DNA of 63,075 nucleotides, counting the filler, from Thraustochytrium aureum (lineage: Eukaryota): NCBI GenBank assembly GCA_012862495.1. It is 5 parts of 5 records of this genome, joined end to end, with 100 filler letters (N's around TTAATTAATTAA, not from the genome) between each part and the next. Parts side by side here need not be neighbours in the genome. Positions count along the whole stretch, not along the records: positions 1 to 22,935 come from BLSG01000263.1; 4 more parts are not named here. One strand, 5' to 3'. The notes under the pieces are model-generated. The model searched no databases. It saw nothing but the letters and a program-made list of their open reading frames with translations, and was not told where the DNA came from. The position numbers and the translations under genes were made by a program. Of this stretch, positions 1 through 10,860 are shown piece by piece (within the stretch, counting starts at the first letter, position 1; each line of letters starts with the position of its first letter).

Positions 1-851
1 TCGGTCAGCTGCTCGGTCAGCAGCTGGCGCTTGGCAAACCACACGTCGCGGTCCTCGGCGGTGAGGACGCCCACGGGGTACGGGTCGGCGCCGAGCCGGT
101 CCGCGATCTCGACGGCGCGGTCAAGCTGCGCCTGGATCTCGTCCACCGACAGGGGCTCGCCCGTGGCGCGGTCGAGCACGTCCATAGTGAAGAACCGGTT
201 CTTGCGCACGACCACGATGTGCGGGTACAGGTCCGGGGCGTAGGTGCGCACAAAGTCCATCTGGTTCGGGCCGGGCATGCGCGAGGTGTTGAACATGTAC
301 TTGTACTGGGAGTTGGACATGGGCTTGTCCTTGCTCATGTCAGGGGCCAGCGTGGCGTTGATCACCTCGTCGCGGAACGCCAGCGAGTGCCTCACGAACC
401 GCGCCGCGCGCCGCGTGGGCCGCATCGCCGGCGCAAACTCGTCTGCGAATTGGAGAAAGTACGACACGTTCCAGACGACAGAGTCCCGGTATGCCAGGTA
501 GGCGATCGTGTTCCAGTGCTTGATCAGCCAAGACGAGTTTGGCGTCTCGGCCTTGCGCTGCTGGAGCCGCTTCTGGAGCGCTTCGCCCAGTCCGCCCGGC
601 TTGCCGAGGTCGCGCACTTTGCGCTCCGTTTCCGCGAACTCGGTCTCGTTGACGTGGGGCCGCACCGACTCGAGGAACAGCTCGAGCGTGTCCTTGAGCT
701 CGGGCACGGGCAGCCTCGGCACGAGGTCCTGCTTCCCGTACAGCTTGCTCGCCTTGGGCTCCATGTCCGCCGACTCGGCAAAGTCCGGCCCGTGGTCGCG
801 GAAGCGCCGCCCGCCGCCGTAGCCCGGCAGCGTGCTGCCATTTGCCGCCAT
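1..851 (-). CDS. Carnitine/choline O-acyltransferase, 5' part (runs off the window)
   Basis: My translation of a minus frame absent from the ORF track: MAANGS...LVPRLPVPELKDTLELFLESVRP...SSWLIKHWNTIAYLAYRDSVVWNVSYF...QYKYMFNTSRMPG...HIVVVRKNRFF...VGVLTAEDRDVW. These are characteristic Carn_acyltransf N-terminal motifs. Confidence 0.9.
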   Translation of the reverse strand, partial: MAANGSTLPGYGGGRRFRDHGPDFAESADMEPKASKLYGKQDLVPRLPVPELKDTLELFLESVRPHVNETEFAETERKVRDLGKPGGLGEALQKRLQQRKAETPNSSWLIKHWNTIAYLAYRDSVVWNVSYFLQFADEFAPAMRPTRRAARFVRHSLAFRDEVINATLAPDMSKDKPMSNSQYKYMFNTSRMPGPNQMDFVRTYAPDLYPHIVVVRKNRFFTMDVLDRATGEPLSVDEIQAQLDRAVEIADRLGADPYPVGVLTAEDRDVWFAKRQLLTEQLT

Positions 852-1817
852 CTCCTGCTCCTCGGCCGCGCTTCTCGGCCGCGCTTCGGTGCCAACCTGC
901 CGATCCGCCAACTTGCCAACCTGCCTCGTGCGCGTTGGGGGTCTGCTCGGCCTGGACTGCGCCGAGTGTGATCGACAGACTCGCAGAGTCAGTCCGACGG
1001 CGACATGCACATGCAAAAATGCAGTGCAAGTGTGCTCGTGAGCATGTCGCCCGCCTTGTGGGCGCCGAGCGAGCCCGTTCCGGCTGGAGCGGGCTAGCTG
1101 GCTGCTCGCTTGCTGCTCTCGCGCGCGCAGCCTTGTTCTCCAGTTGGTGGGCGTGGCGCCCCAGTTGATGGGCGTGGCGATGGTGATGATGGTGCACGCA
1201 NNNNNNNNNNNNNNNNNNNNNNNNNNNNNNNNNNNNNNNNNNNNNNNNNNNNNNNNNNNNNNNNNNNNNNNNNNNNNNNNNNNNNNNNNNNNNNNNNNNN
1301 NNNNNNNNNNNNNNNNNNNNNNNNNNNNNNNNNNNNNNNNNNNNNNNNNNNNNNNNNNNNNNNNNNNNNNNNNNNNNNNNNNNNNNNNNNNNNNNNNNNN
1401 NNNNNNNNNNNNNNNNNNNNNNNNNNNNNNNNNNNNNNNNNNNNNNNNNNNNNNNNNNNNNNNNNNNNNNNNNNNNNNNNNNNNNNNNNNNNNNNNNNNN
1501 NNNNNNNNNNNNNNNNNNNNNNNNNNNNNNNNNNNNNNNNNNNNNNNNNNNNNNNNNNNNNNNNNNNNNNNNNNNNNNNNNNNNNNNNNNNNNNNNNNNN
1601 NNNNNNNNNNNNNNNNNNNNNNNNNNNNNNNNNNNNNNNNNNNNNNNNNNNNNNNNNNNNNNNNNNNNNNNNNNNNNNGGTCGCTCGCGATGTCTTCCCG
1701 ACGCGCGAGTGCGGGACGCGCCCAAACTTCGTGAGCAAGACAAGAACGACCGCTTGGCGAAAAGCTATTTGATTGATGATTATTGACGATAAAATTTCTC
1801 GCAGGCAGACCTGCTTG

Positions 1818-4800
1818 CTACACGACGCTCTTGGTGCTGACCTCCTCCGAGGTGCTCTCGACGCCGCTCGACTTTGAGGAGCAGAACATCGAGATACCAA
1901 AGCGCGCGATCATATAGAGGACGATGAGGCCCACAATCCCGCCGACACTGTAGCCCGCGATCTTGAGCGGCAAGTCTACGTCGTCATCCGCCGTGCCCGC
2001 GCCTTGAGGGTTTTCATCGACAACCTTGGGCTTGGAAAAAAACGTCAAGTTCTGCGTGTCAAGCACAACCGTCGATTCGCTCGTGGCGAGCGACTCGCTC
2101 ACGTCAGACAGCTCGATCTCGAGGAGCGCGGGCGGCACGTCGGTGTCAGCCACCCACACCAGCGACGCCATAGCCTCGTTGAGGGCAGAGGCCGACCCAA
2201 CAAACGAAAAGGAAGTGGCACCCAACTCGAGCAAAGTGGCGTTTTGACCAAGCTCTTGAACGCGGCTGGGGTTGAGCGCCAGGCTGTTGTTCAGCTTCAG
2301 GAGGCCGCGGGACTCGGTCAAGTTGAGCGACAGCTGCAGGATTCGCGTGTTGCCCTCGCCCATCGTGTCGATCTCGATGCCCTTGCCGTCCTGGACAACG
2401 GCGAAGGCCGTGCCCACGGGGATCTCGGTAAAATTGGCGGCCGGCAGCACCAGCGCCGACACGTCGTGCACGTTGGTCACCCAGACCTTGGTTCCAACAG
2501 CGCTCGTGCTCGTCTCCGTGCCAACCTTGACCGAGAACGAGATCGCAACAGGGCAACCCTCAGCGGCTGTGGCAGAGCATCCACCCATAACGGTGCCCTC
2601 CAAGTCAGTCACCGTGTGCTTCTCGTAAACGTTCGAGGGCGTCGAAGGCGCGCCACACAAGTCGGTGGGCCCAGCGCAGGCAACCGGCAAGGTGTCCGTC
2701 GCCTTCGGGCACTTGGAGAACGTGTTGCTGCTGCCAGGACCGCACAGCGGCCACGAATCGCGCGAAAAGTAGTTGGCGGCTGGCTTGAAGAAGACCACAT
2801 TCGAGCCAAGCTCCAAAGGCAACTGGGTCGCATCGATCGCCGCAGACTCGTCAGCTGAAGCGTACAGCGTGCCCTGCGACGCTAGGGGCAGCGGCGCTTG
2901 GAGGACGAACTTCTTGTCCCGATCAGCGCAGACAGCCGGTCGAGTCGCAAGAGGCTGGCCGCTCTCGTCGTCGCACAGCAGGTCGACGCCCTTGAGCGTG
3001 ATTGGTTCGAAGCTGGAGTCCTCGTCAACAGCTGCAGTACTGAAAGGGGTCACTCCGGCGGCCAGAGACGTCAGCAGCGTGATCAGCAGGCTCGACTTTG
3101 CCTCGCCGCCATCGCGATCGTATACCGTGATTTCAACAGTCTCCGTCGCAGAGACGCCAGGAGTGCTCGAGCTAAACGAAGGGCAAGCGTTGTCGTCAGA
3201 CCCGCAGGCCTCGAAGCAGAAGAGAGCTGTCTGGGGGCTAGGCGCGCTCCCGTCAACGGTGATAGAAGACACCTCGGTGCCGTTGCTCAAGCCCCTGCAC
3301 ACCCCGTCGGCGGTCGTGTAGATCTTGCCCAACGAAAGAGGCCCAATGGTAAAGTTGTCCAGGCCAAACAGCTCACAGCTCGAAGTGGTCGGCGAAACAC
3401 CATCCTGCGGACTCGCGTCCGTCGCCGAGCTGCAGTCCAGGGGCTCTTCGGCGGAAAGCTCGATTCTCCCAGATTCAGTCGCGCGAAGCGACAGCGAGGT
3501 GGACCCCAACGTAAGCACCGGCGGGTCGTTCTGGGCAGCCACGCCGATCACAACAGTGCCTGTCGCGGGAGACTGAGCATCAAACTGGTCGCGAACCCGG
3601 ATCGGGAATTGCGCCTCAAAGCCGTACGCGTTCGCCGTCGCAGGCGAAAACTGCAGCGCGCCAATGCTAAAGTCGCCGTCCACCGCAACCGGGGTAAGCG
3701 CAATGTCGTTGAACAGGCTGCCCACCACCACCGCGGACGACCCACTCGTCACGTCACCGGCAAGAGAGTAAGTAAAGCTCGCCGGCGCGCCCAGCACCTC
3801 GGCGTCAAAGTCGTAAGGGACAACTGCCGCCAGGTCCAGAAGCTCCCTGCTGTCCTCCTTGCCGCTCATTGTCACCATGTCGGCCGAGGGAAGCACAGGC
3901 GCGCTGTTCGCCAAGCCCGCCGCAAAGTTCTGGGAAACCTCCAAGTCAGAGAGAGCCTTGTTGTACATCGCCACCGAAAGGATCGAGCCACGCCAGGCGA
4001 AGACACCTCCAACAGTTGCATCGTTACTCGAAGACAGTACGAAGGGTGACGACCCGACGCGAAGTTTGTGCGCGGAGTTCCAGGCGAGTGTGGCGAATGG
4101 ATTCGCGAAGCCGCTGACATCTGTGGGGGAGCCACCAAATCTAGTGACTCTGAGTTTCGTCTCGGCTCCGGAGGTGAAACTTGCCGAGTTGCGAACAACA
4201 ATGTGGTAAACAGAGTTGTCCAGCAACGGAGTTGCATCGAAGTCAGGGCCGGCACATCCAGTGCTGCTACGGCGATATTGAAACCCGAAAACCTCGTCTT
4301 GGGGATTGTAAGTGAGCTGAGCGTCAAATTCACTGCGACTCGACGAGCAACCCCAGTTGCTGTCAACTGGCAGAGAATCACTGCCGATCTCAAGAAGCAC
4401 AAGATTCTCGTCATCAGTCCCAAGTGTTCCAGTCTGCACCCACATCTCGATTGTCAACTCATTTGTCAGATCCAGAGCGCTTGTGTTCCCCACGCTCTGA
4501 ACGAACTCATCCTTCGCGCCACCTCGCGTGCCGGTGAACTGCACCCCGTTGTACGCCGACTCGTACGTGCTTCCACCAAACTCGACCGCCGGGCACTTGG
4601 ACAGCACGGGCGCGGTCTTATCCAGAACCATCCCGCCCAGCCTATCCTCAGAGCTGGCATCCTCAAACACGCCCTGCACGCACTCCGCCTGCTGCAGCGT
4701 ATACAGAAACTGCAAGCTGCCATCCGGCGTGGGCGTCTCCGACCCAACCCTCCCATTAAACGCAGGAGGCTGAAACTGCGTCGTCGCGGCCTCCGCGCCA

Positions 4801-4835
4801 GCGAGCGCCGCGAGCGCCGCCAACCAAGCCTTCAT
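1818..4835 (-). CDS. Type I single-pass surface protein: signal peptide, LamG/ConA-like domain, cadherin-like/Ig repeats, C-terminal TM
   Basis: 1005-aa ORF. Hydrophobic N-terminus MKAWLAALAALAGAEA; LamG-like LTIEMWV...YHIVV...LRVG...WRGSILSVAMYNKALSDLEV; cadherin-like motifs (KEDS, YDFD, AQNDPP, YDRDG, DEDS); TM IAGYSVGGIVGLIVLYMIARFGISMF; short tail ending KSVV. Confidence 0.75.
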   Translation of the reverse strand: MKAWLAALAALAGAEAATTQFQPPAFNGRVGSETPTPDGSLQFLYTLQQAECVQGVFEDASSEDRLGGMVLDKTAPVLSKCPAVEFGGSTYESAYNGVQFTGTRGGAKDEFVQSVGNTSALDLTNELTIEMWVQTGTLGTDDENLVLLEIGSDSLPVDSNWGCSSSRSEFDAQLTYNPQDEVFGFQYRRSSTGCAGPDFDATPLLDNSVYHIVVRNSASFTSGAETKLRVTRFGGSPTDVSGFANPFATLAWNSAHKLRVGSSPFVLSSSNDATVGGVFAWRGSILSVAMYNKALSDLEVSQNFAAGLANSAPVLPSADMVTMSGKEDSRELLDLAAVVPYDFDAEVLGAPASFTYSLAGDVTSGSSAVVVGSLFNDIALTPVAVDGDFSIGALQFSPATANAYGFEAQFPIRVRDQFDAQSPATGTVVIGVAAQNDPPVLTLGSTSLSLRATESGRIELSAEEPLDCSSATDASPQDGVSPTTSSCELFGLDNFTIGPLSLGKIYTTADGVCRGLSNGTEVSSITVDGSAPSPQTALFCFEACGSDDNACPSFSSSTPGVSATETVEITVYDRDGGEAKSSLLITLLTSLAAGVTPFSTAAVDEDSSFEPITLKGVDLLCDDESGQPLATRPAVCADRDKKFVLQAPLPLASQGTLYASADESAAIDATQLPLELGSNVVFFKPAANYFSRDSWPLCGPGSSNTFSKCPKATDTLPVACAGPTDLCGAPSTPSNVYEKHTVTDLEGTVMGGCSATAAEGCPVAISFSVKVGTETSTSAVGTKVWVTNVHDVSALVLPAANFTEIPVGTAFAVVQDGKGIEIDTMGEGNTRILQLSLNLTESRGLLKLNNSLALNPSRVQELGQNATLLELGATSFSFVGSASALNEAMASLVWVADTDVPPALLEIELSDVSESLATSESTVVLDTQNLTFFSKPKVVDENPQGAGTADDDVDLPLKIAGYSVGGIVGLIVLYMIARFGISMFCSSKSSGVESTSEEVSTKSVV

Positions 4836-6104
4836 GGCTCAATGCAAGTCTTTCCTCGTCAAGCTGCACAAGCGCTGCTCTGCACGTCCGTGGACTGATC
4901 TCTGCGCGCCGCTGCCGCTGGTCCGCTGCTGCTGATGCGCGGGTCGGCCGACTCGATCGGGATCTGGTCTGCCCGCATGCAGCTAGCTCTAGCTCTCCGT
5001 GCATGGTGGATCAACGGGCTGGTGCACACCGCTGGCTCTCCAGCCAGCTGTTCTGCTCGCTCGGCGATGGTGTCCAGTTTGCTGGTCGAAGGAGAGCCTG
5101 CACGCTCTCAGGCAGGTGGGATTTCGTCGGGCGGCTTCCGAAACAGCGCAAACTTGAACTTGCTCTGGCGACTCGGAAGCGGCGTTGAACTGTTTGCGGC
5201 CTTCAAGCGCCTCCGGCGCAGTCGGCGCCATTGAAGCAGGCAGGGGTTTTGCTTGTTTCTTTTCGTGCCTGCGCTGCGTGACGCCCGCTCTGCGCCGTGC
5301 TCCAGCCACTGCCGCACACTGCCCACGACGCTTCAAAAGTGGGCGAGCAAGCCTCGTGAAACTGGTCATCACTTCAGGTTTTGAGAGCGCCTCTGCGTTC
5401 AGGGTGCGAACACGCACGCGTGAGGGCTTACGAAGGGGGTGTGAGCCGCGAAACGCGAGCCTCAGCGGGCCCTGGACTTGTCCTGGAACGAGGACGCCTC
5501 TCATTCGCGAGGTGAGTTGATGCGGCCGGACCATTCCCGGGCCTCCTCCTCGCAAGCCGAGCGCTCGCGCAGCGTTCACATTCCAGCTCGGCGGCTCTCC
5601 GTTTGTGGCTGCTGCAGCTGCACATTTGACTCCGTGACGCCCAGCACGCGCGCCGCAACGGGCGGCGTCGCGGCCATTCCAGGGCAGCGGCCGGCACGTA
5701 AATGTCGTGCAGAATCTCCCGAGACGCGCGCGAAAGCCTGCCTCGAGCCGCGAGGACACACTCTAGGGGGCATGTAGCAGAGCGGGGCGGGGCAGGGCAG
5801 AGCAGAGCGCGGCCAGCCAGCGCTGCGCAGCGCACAGCATTGCAGGCAGATTCGACCCGGACGCGAGGGATGGCAGAAAGCCAGACAGCAAGAAAGAAGA
5901 AAGAAAAAACGTAGAAAAAGAGGTATGAAGTTGGTATGCTCGAAGGTTTGGCACAGGTTGCGCGCGAAGATGGGCTGCTGCTCTCTGCTCGGGGTACATG
6001 GACAAATCGGTGCGCGGGCTGGCAGGTCGGGGAGGAGGAGGAGGGCGCAGCGGACGTTGGCCTAGCCGCCGCTGCAGGTCGATTATGGCGAAGAGGCGGC
6101 GCGC

Positions 6105-7440
6105 CTACGGCTCCGGGACCTTGACCTTGGCCTTCTCGAGCGCGCCGATGAGCTTCTCGACGTAGCTGTTGAGCTTGTCGACCTCGTCCTGCAGCTGCTT
6201 GGGCGACTTGGAGGCCTTGAACGTCGAGGCGGCAGGCGCGGCGGAGGCGGCCGGCTTGCCGCCCGTCTTGGCGGGGTCCATCGAGGTCAGCAGGGGTTTC
6301 TTGTTCTTGCCCGCGAAGAACTCCTCCGCCGACATGGCCGGCTTGCCCGCGTAGCAGTCCGGGTACAGGTCCTCCTGGAACAGGTCCGACTTGCGCGGGC
6401 AGATGAAGGAGAGCGGCTCGACGGCCTGGCTGGTGAGCTTGAGCATGCGCGCGACCTCGCACTTGGTGACGTCGACCGAGCGCTTGGGCAGCATGGCCAG
6501 GCCGCGGCAGGGCGAGGTGGCGCGGTAGTCGGCAATGAAGAACTGCCAGGGCTCGTCGTTGACGATCTCGTAGTAGCGGATGTTGCCGTCGCCCTTGCCC
6601 CCGAGGTAGAGCATGCTGGTGCCCTCGTCGAAGAAGGGCATCAGCACGCCGGCCGCCTGGTCGATGTCGACACTGCAGATCGGAGCGGACATCTTCTTGG
6701 GGTCCCAAATCTTCATCTGGCGCTTGCTCTGGCGCGTGAAGCCCACGCTGCACAAGGTGCCGTGCTCGCCCAGGAAGGTGAGCTTGCTCGTCTTGGTGCC
6801 GTTGTGCGCCTCCACGCTGGCGGCGATGTCGCCCGAGCGGGGGTCGATCAGGCGCAGCAGCTTGTCCTTGGCCGAGGAGGCCAGCATCGAGCCGTCATAG
6901 TTCCACACCACGTCCTGGAGGAGCTCTTCGTGCTTGACGGTCAGTTTGCACATGTTGTTCTGCACGTCCCAGATCTTGACGTCGTGGTCCGCGGACCCGG
7001 ACACAAGCACGTGCTCGGCTGTGGGGTGGAAGCGGACGACCACGATCTTGCGCTGGTGCTCGTGGAGGTCGACCAGGGGCGTCGACTGGCTCTCGGTCAG
7101 GCCGCCGGGGGGGATGGCCCCAGACCTTGATCGTGCAGTCGTCGCCACCCGTGGCGATGAGGTTTTCGTGCATCGGGTTGAAGTCAAAGTCGAGGACGGG
7201 GCCGCGGTGCCCATCGAGGACGGGGGGCTGCGCGGGGAGCCGGCCGGCCTGGTCGAGCGGGTGCACCGCCAGCGAGCCACCACCGGTGGCGATGGGGACG
7301 GCCAGGTACTGCGTGTTGGCCTTGATGTAGTTGTGGTCGCCGGTGGCCGAGCTCAGCCTAAAGTTGCTGTAGTGCTCCTCGGGCTTGCTCGGCTGGCAGT
7401 ACACGTGCCGCACCTTGCTCGCGCGCACAAACCGCGACAT
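6105..7440 (-). CDS. CORO: Coronin (WD40 actin-binding protein); one apparent frameshift near 7118
   Basis: N-terminus MSRFVRASKVRHVY, GHRGPVLDFDFNP, GKGDGNIRYYEI, PRKSDLFQEDLYPD and a C-terminal coiled coil. The two ORFs join (KVW-AIPPGG) if one G is removed from a GGGG run. Confidence 0.95.
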
Positions 7441-7994
7441 CCTGCTTGCTCACCTCCTCGTCGTCGACCAACCGCCTGTTGCTTGCTGACTGTTGCGCAG
7501 CCGCTCTGCGTGCTGGGCTGCCGCGCGCACCGGCCCTGGCCGTCTGCCTGCCTGCTTGCCTGCCTGCCTGCCTGCCTCCGTGCGTGCTGCCTGCTCGCCG
7601 AGTGCAACAGCTCGCTCAGTGTCTCGCGCGCGTCTTCGGGTCTGCCGCGGCCGCTCACCAGATGGATGTTGTATGTACTAGCTAGGTGTATGGAGCAGCT
7701 CGCTGCACGCACAGCAGGTGAGGTGGAGATGAGGCGTTGATTTGTGTGAGGCCGGCCGGTCGCAGAGGTGCGTAGCGCGGGCAAATCCCAAGCTATCTTT
7801 GCGCGGCGCCTCCTCCTGCTGCCTCTGGCGCAAAAAGTCCGCCCGCCGCGCGCTCACATGCACGCAAACTTTACGCGACGTGCGTGCACTTGCCAAGCAC
7901 ACTTTGGCCAGGCAAAACCAATTTCGCTCGGGCGGGCACATTATCTTCTGTCTCACTCGCCTCCAGCCGCGCTCCGCCACGCAGCGCGCTGCCC

Positions 7995-7995
7995 G

Positions 7996-8050
<55 letters not shown>
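7995..8050. repeat. (GCCT)14 microsatellite
   Basis: 14 perfect GCCT units; a degenerate copy lies at about 7545-7595. Confidence 0.95.
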
Positions 8051-8051
<1 letters not shown>

Positions 8052-8988
8052 CTGGCACTGGCTTGGCCGACTCTGGAGAGTGAAGGAAGCCAGCCAGCCA
8101 GGAGGGGAGGAGGCGCAGGCAGACACGGTGGCCTGCACACTGGCCAAGAGCGGCAGCCAAGCGAGCGAGTGACTCGGGGCGAGACAGGCAGAGGCTGGCA
8201 GAGGCTGGCAGCGGCTGGGAGGCACGGGGAGAGACAGGCTGGCGCTGCCGCGTGGTTTTTGCTTTCGGGGGGGCCGAAACCTCTTGAGTGCGGCTGGTGC
8301 ACATCCTGCTGCCGATCGCAAGGTTGGAGGTTCGTTTGTTCGTTGCCTCTGCCGCAGTGGGAGCATGGCGAAACGTCCGAGTGGGGGAGGGAGGAACAGA
8401 TCAGCGGATTGTGAGTTTTTGCCATTTTTTAAATTTTTTTTACTTTGTGCTTTTTTCTGTGACGGGAGGGGGGTTGGAGGTGGTGCGGTGGGCGAGAGGG
8501 GTGAGGAGGCGCGCTGCAGTCAGAACCGAATCAGCAAGAGAAAAAAAGGAGAAAAAAACGAGAAAAAAACGAGAAAAGGAGAGGCTCGGAGGGAGGCAGT
8601 TCAGCGAAAGGGGGCTGCCACTGGGTGGGGCAGTCAAACTACATAGAAAACATAGAAAAGAAAAGAAATAAAAAGAAATAAAAAAACAATGCAGTAAGGG
8701 AATGCCCGTGTGCGCGGAGCTGTCTCGAGGGTGGAGGGGAAACGCAAGCTCAACNNNNNNNNNNNNNNNNNNNNNNNNNNNNNNNNNNNNNNNNNNNNNN
8801 NNNNNNNNNNNNNNNNNNNNNNNNNNNNNNNNNNNNNNNNNNNNNNNNNNNNNNNNNNNNNNTCTCCTCTCGGACGTTTCGAAACGGCGCAGTCCGAAAT
8901 CGTGCGCGCAATCCCAACTTATACCACGCACGCCGGCTCTCTTCGGCGGTGTTTGGATCGGACAGAGAGGCGCCGGGAGCAAAAGGAG

Positions 8989-9076
8989 TGCCCGGTGCGA
9001 GGATCGAACTCGCGACTTACAGCTTGCTTTTTGCGGTATTATGAGACTGTCACTCTGCCTACTGAGTTAACCAGGC
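8989..9076 (-). tRNA. tRNA-Met(CAT), elongator type, 15-nt intron at 37/38
   Basis: Reverse complement GCCTGGT TA ACTC AGTAGGCA GAGT G ACAGT CTCATA [ATACCGCAAAAAGCA] A GCTGT AAGTC GCGAG TTCGATC CTCGC ACCGGGC A. All four stems pair, and a T4 run follows. Confidence 0.93.
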
Positions 9077-9375
9077 ATCGCATGCTTCACCACTGCGACG
9101 GGGGACACAAGCGTCCCGATTCCTATGTAGCAGCGCGCGCACGGTGCGTAGAAAGGAACAACGCGGCTTCGTGACTCCTTCCTTCTTTAACTCTTGAATC
9201 GCTATTGACCAAATGACCACCTCGAGTGCCTTGCAGCTGGTTGATTTCGCAAAAGTCAATCCCATGAAACACATTGATAACATCTATTGAATTCCATGAA
9301 GCGCATAGATCACCTCGAGTCATCTATTGAAGATCAATACCGAGTGCGAGACACGGGAAAAAGTGGCAAAAGAAG

Positions 9376-9462
9376 TGCCCGGTGCGAGGATCGAACTCGC
9401 GACTTACAGCTTGCTTATGCGGTATTATGAGACTGTCACTCTGCCTACTGAGTTAACCAGGC
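9376..9462 (-). tRNA. tRNA-Met(CAT), second copy, 14-nt intron
   Basis: Exons identical to 8989-9076; intron ATACCGCATAAGCA; a T4 run follows. Confidence 0.93.
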
Positions 9463-9714
9463 TTCCCATCACCAGATGGTTGTAAGACGAGCAGAGTAGG
9501 AGAATATAGACTGTTTCAAGGCCGCTGCGTGCGACGGCTTGCGTGGCGGACTTTGCCGTGCCGTGTCGCGTGCGCGTGCGCAGGCCTCGGCGAGTGCAGC
9601 CGCGCGCGGGAGTGCGCTCGCTCGCTCGATCTGCTGCCCTCGTTGCTCACCGGCTTGCTTGCTGGCTGGTTTGCTGGCTGGCGAGGTCTCACCGCGACCT
9701 CGCTCTGGCCAGCG

Positions 9715-10755
9715 ATGCCGCGCGAGGACGGCTATGTCGCTGTAGGTCGCGCCGAAGACGCGCCGGACGCGACGGGGACGCCGAGCGATGCGGAAGGACG
9801 CCGCGCGGACAAGACAGGCGCGGTCGCTTTCGCGAAGTTGAGACTTGGACTTGAGCTTGAGCTGGTTTGGCAGCAGCTGGCTGTGTTCGTGGCCGCGACC
9901 GTGCTGCTGCNNNNNNNNNNNNNNNNNNNNNNNNNNNNNNNNNNNNNNNNNNNNNNNNNNNNNNNNNNNNNNNNNNNNNNNNNNNNNNNNNNNNNNNNNN
10001 NNNNNNNNNNNNNNNNNNNNNNNNNNNNNNNNNNNNNNNNNNNNNNNNNNNNNNNNNNNNNNNNNNNNNNNNNNNNNNNNNNNNNNNNNNNNNNNNNNNN
10101 NNNNNNNNNNNNNNNNNNNNNNNNNNNNNNNNNNNNNNNNNNNNNNNNNNNNNNNNNNNNNNNNNNNNNNNNNNNNNNNNNNNNNNNNNNNNNNNNNNNN
10201 NNNNNNNNNNNNNNNNNNNNNNNNNNNNNNNNNNNNNNNNNNNNNNNNNNNNNNNNNNNNNNNNNNNNNNNNNNNNNNNNNNNNNNNNNNNNNNNNNNNN
10301 NNNNNNNNNNNNNNNNNNNNNNNNNNNNNNNNNNNNNNNNNNNNNNNNNNNNNNNNNNNNNNNNNNNNNNNNNNNNNNNNNNNNNNNNNNNNNNNNNNNN
10401 NNNNNNNNNNNNNNNNNNNNNNNNNNNNNNNNNNNNNNNNNNNNNNNNNNNNNNNNNNNNNNNNNNNNNNNNNNNNNNNNNNNNNNNNNNNNNNNNNNNN
10501 NNNNNNNNNNNNNNNNNNNNNNNNNNNNNNNNNNNNNNNNNNNNNNNNNNNNNNNNNNNNNNNNNNNNNNNNNNNNNNNNNNNNNNNNNNNNNNNNNNNN
10601 NNNNNNNNNNNNNNNNNNNNNNNNNNNNNNNNNNNNNNNNNNNNNNNNNNNNNNNNNNNNNNNNNNNNNNNNNNNNNNNNNNNNNNNNNNNNNNNNNNNN
10701 NNNNNNNNNNNNNNNNNNNNNNNNNNNNNTGGAGCGCGAGCCTCTGGAGCTCTAG
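9715..10755 (+). CDS. Probable membrane protein, mostly lost in an N gap
   Basis: ATG at 9715 gives MPREDGYVAVG...VWQQLAVFVAATVLL (start of a hydrophobic segment), then about 820 N. The 3' end is a guess. Confidence 0.35.
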   Translation: MPREDGYVAVGRAEDAPDATGTPSDAEGRRADKTGAVAFAKLRLGLELELVWQQLAVFVAATVLLXXXXXXXXXXXXXXXXXXXXXXXXXXXXXXXXXXXXXXXXXXXXXXXXXXXXXXXXXXXXXXXXXXXXXXXXXXXXXXXXXXXXXXXXXXXXXXXXXXXXXXXXXXXXXXXXXXXXXXXXXXXXXXXXXXXXXXXXXXXXXXXXXXXXXXXXXXXXXXXXXXXXXXXXXXXXXXXXXXXXXXXXXXXXXXXXXXXXXXXXXXXXXXXXXXXXXXXXXXXXXXXXXXXXXXXXXXXXXXXXXXXXXXXXXXXXXXXXXXXXXXXXXXXXXXXXXXEREPLEL

Positions 10756-10860
10756 CTAGAGAAGCGCCCGCTCGGGCCGGCAGACCCGCTGCTCAAAACA
10801 AATCAAGCTGTTTTTTTATGGACACACGCTGCCTCCGGCTCGCGCCCCCTCGCGCGCGCC

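Noticed and set aside
4989..5759. ORFs between the surface protein and coronin
   Set aside because: No recognisable motifs and a composition typical of GC-rich non-coding frames, so I cannot support a gene.
7100..7130. Programmed frameshifting or pseudogenisation of coronin, and likewise at about 17035, 19590, 22430-22590, 27955, 30346 and 33770
   Set aside because: The shifts are single-base indels, mostly at homopolymer runs, in otherwise intact conserved genes. This is the pattern of pyrosequencing-type error.
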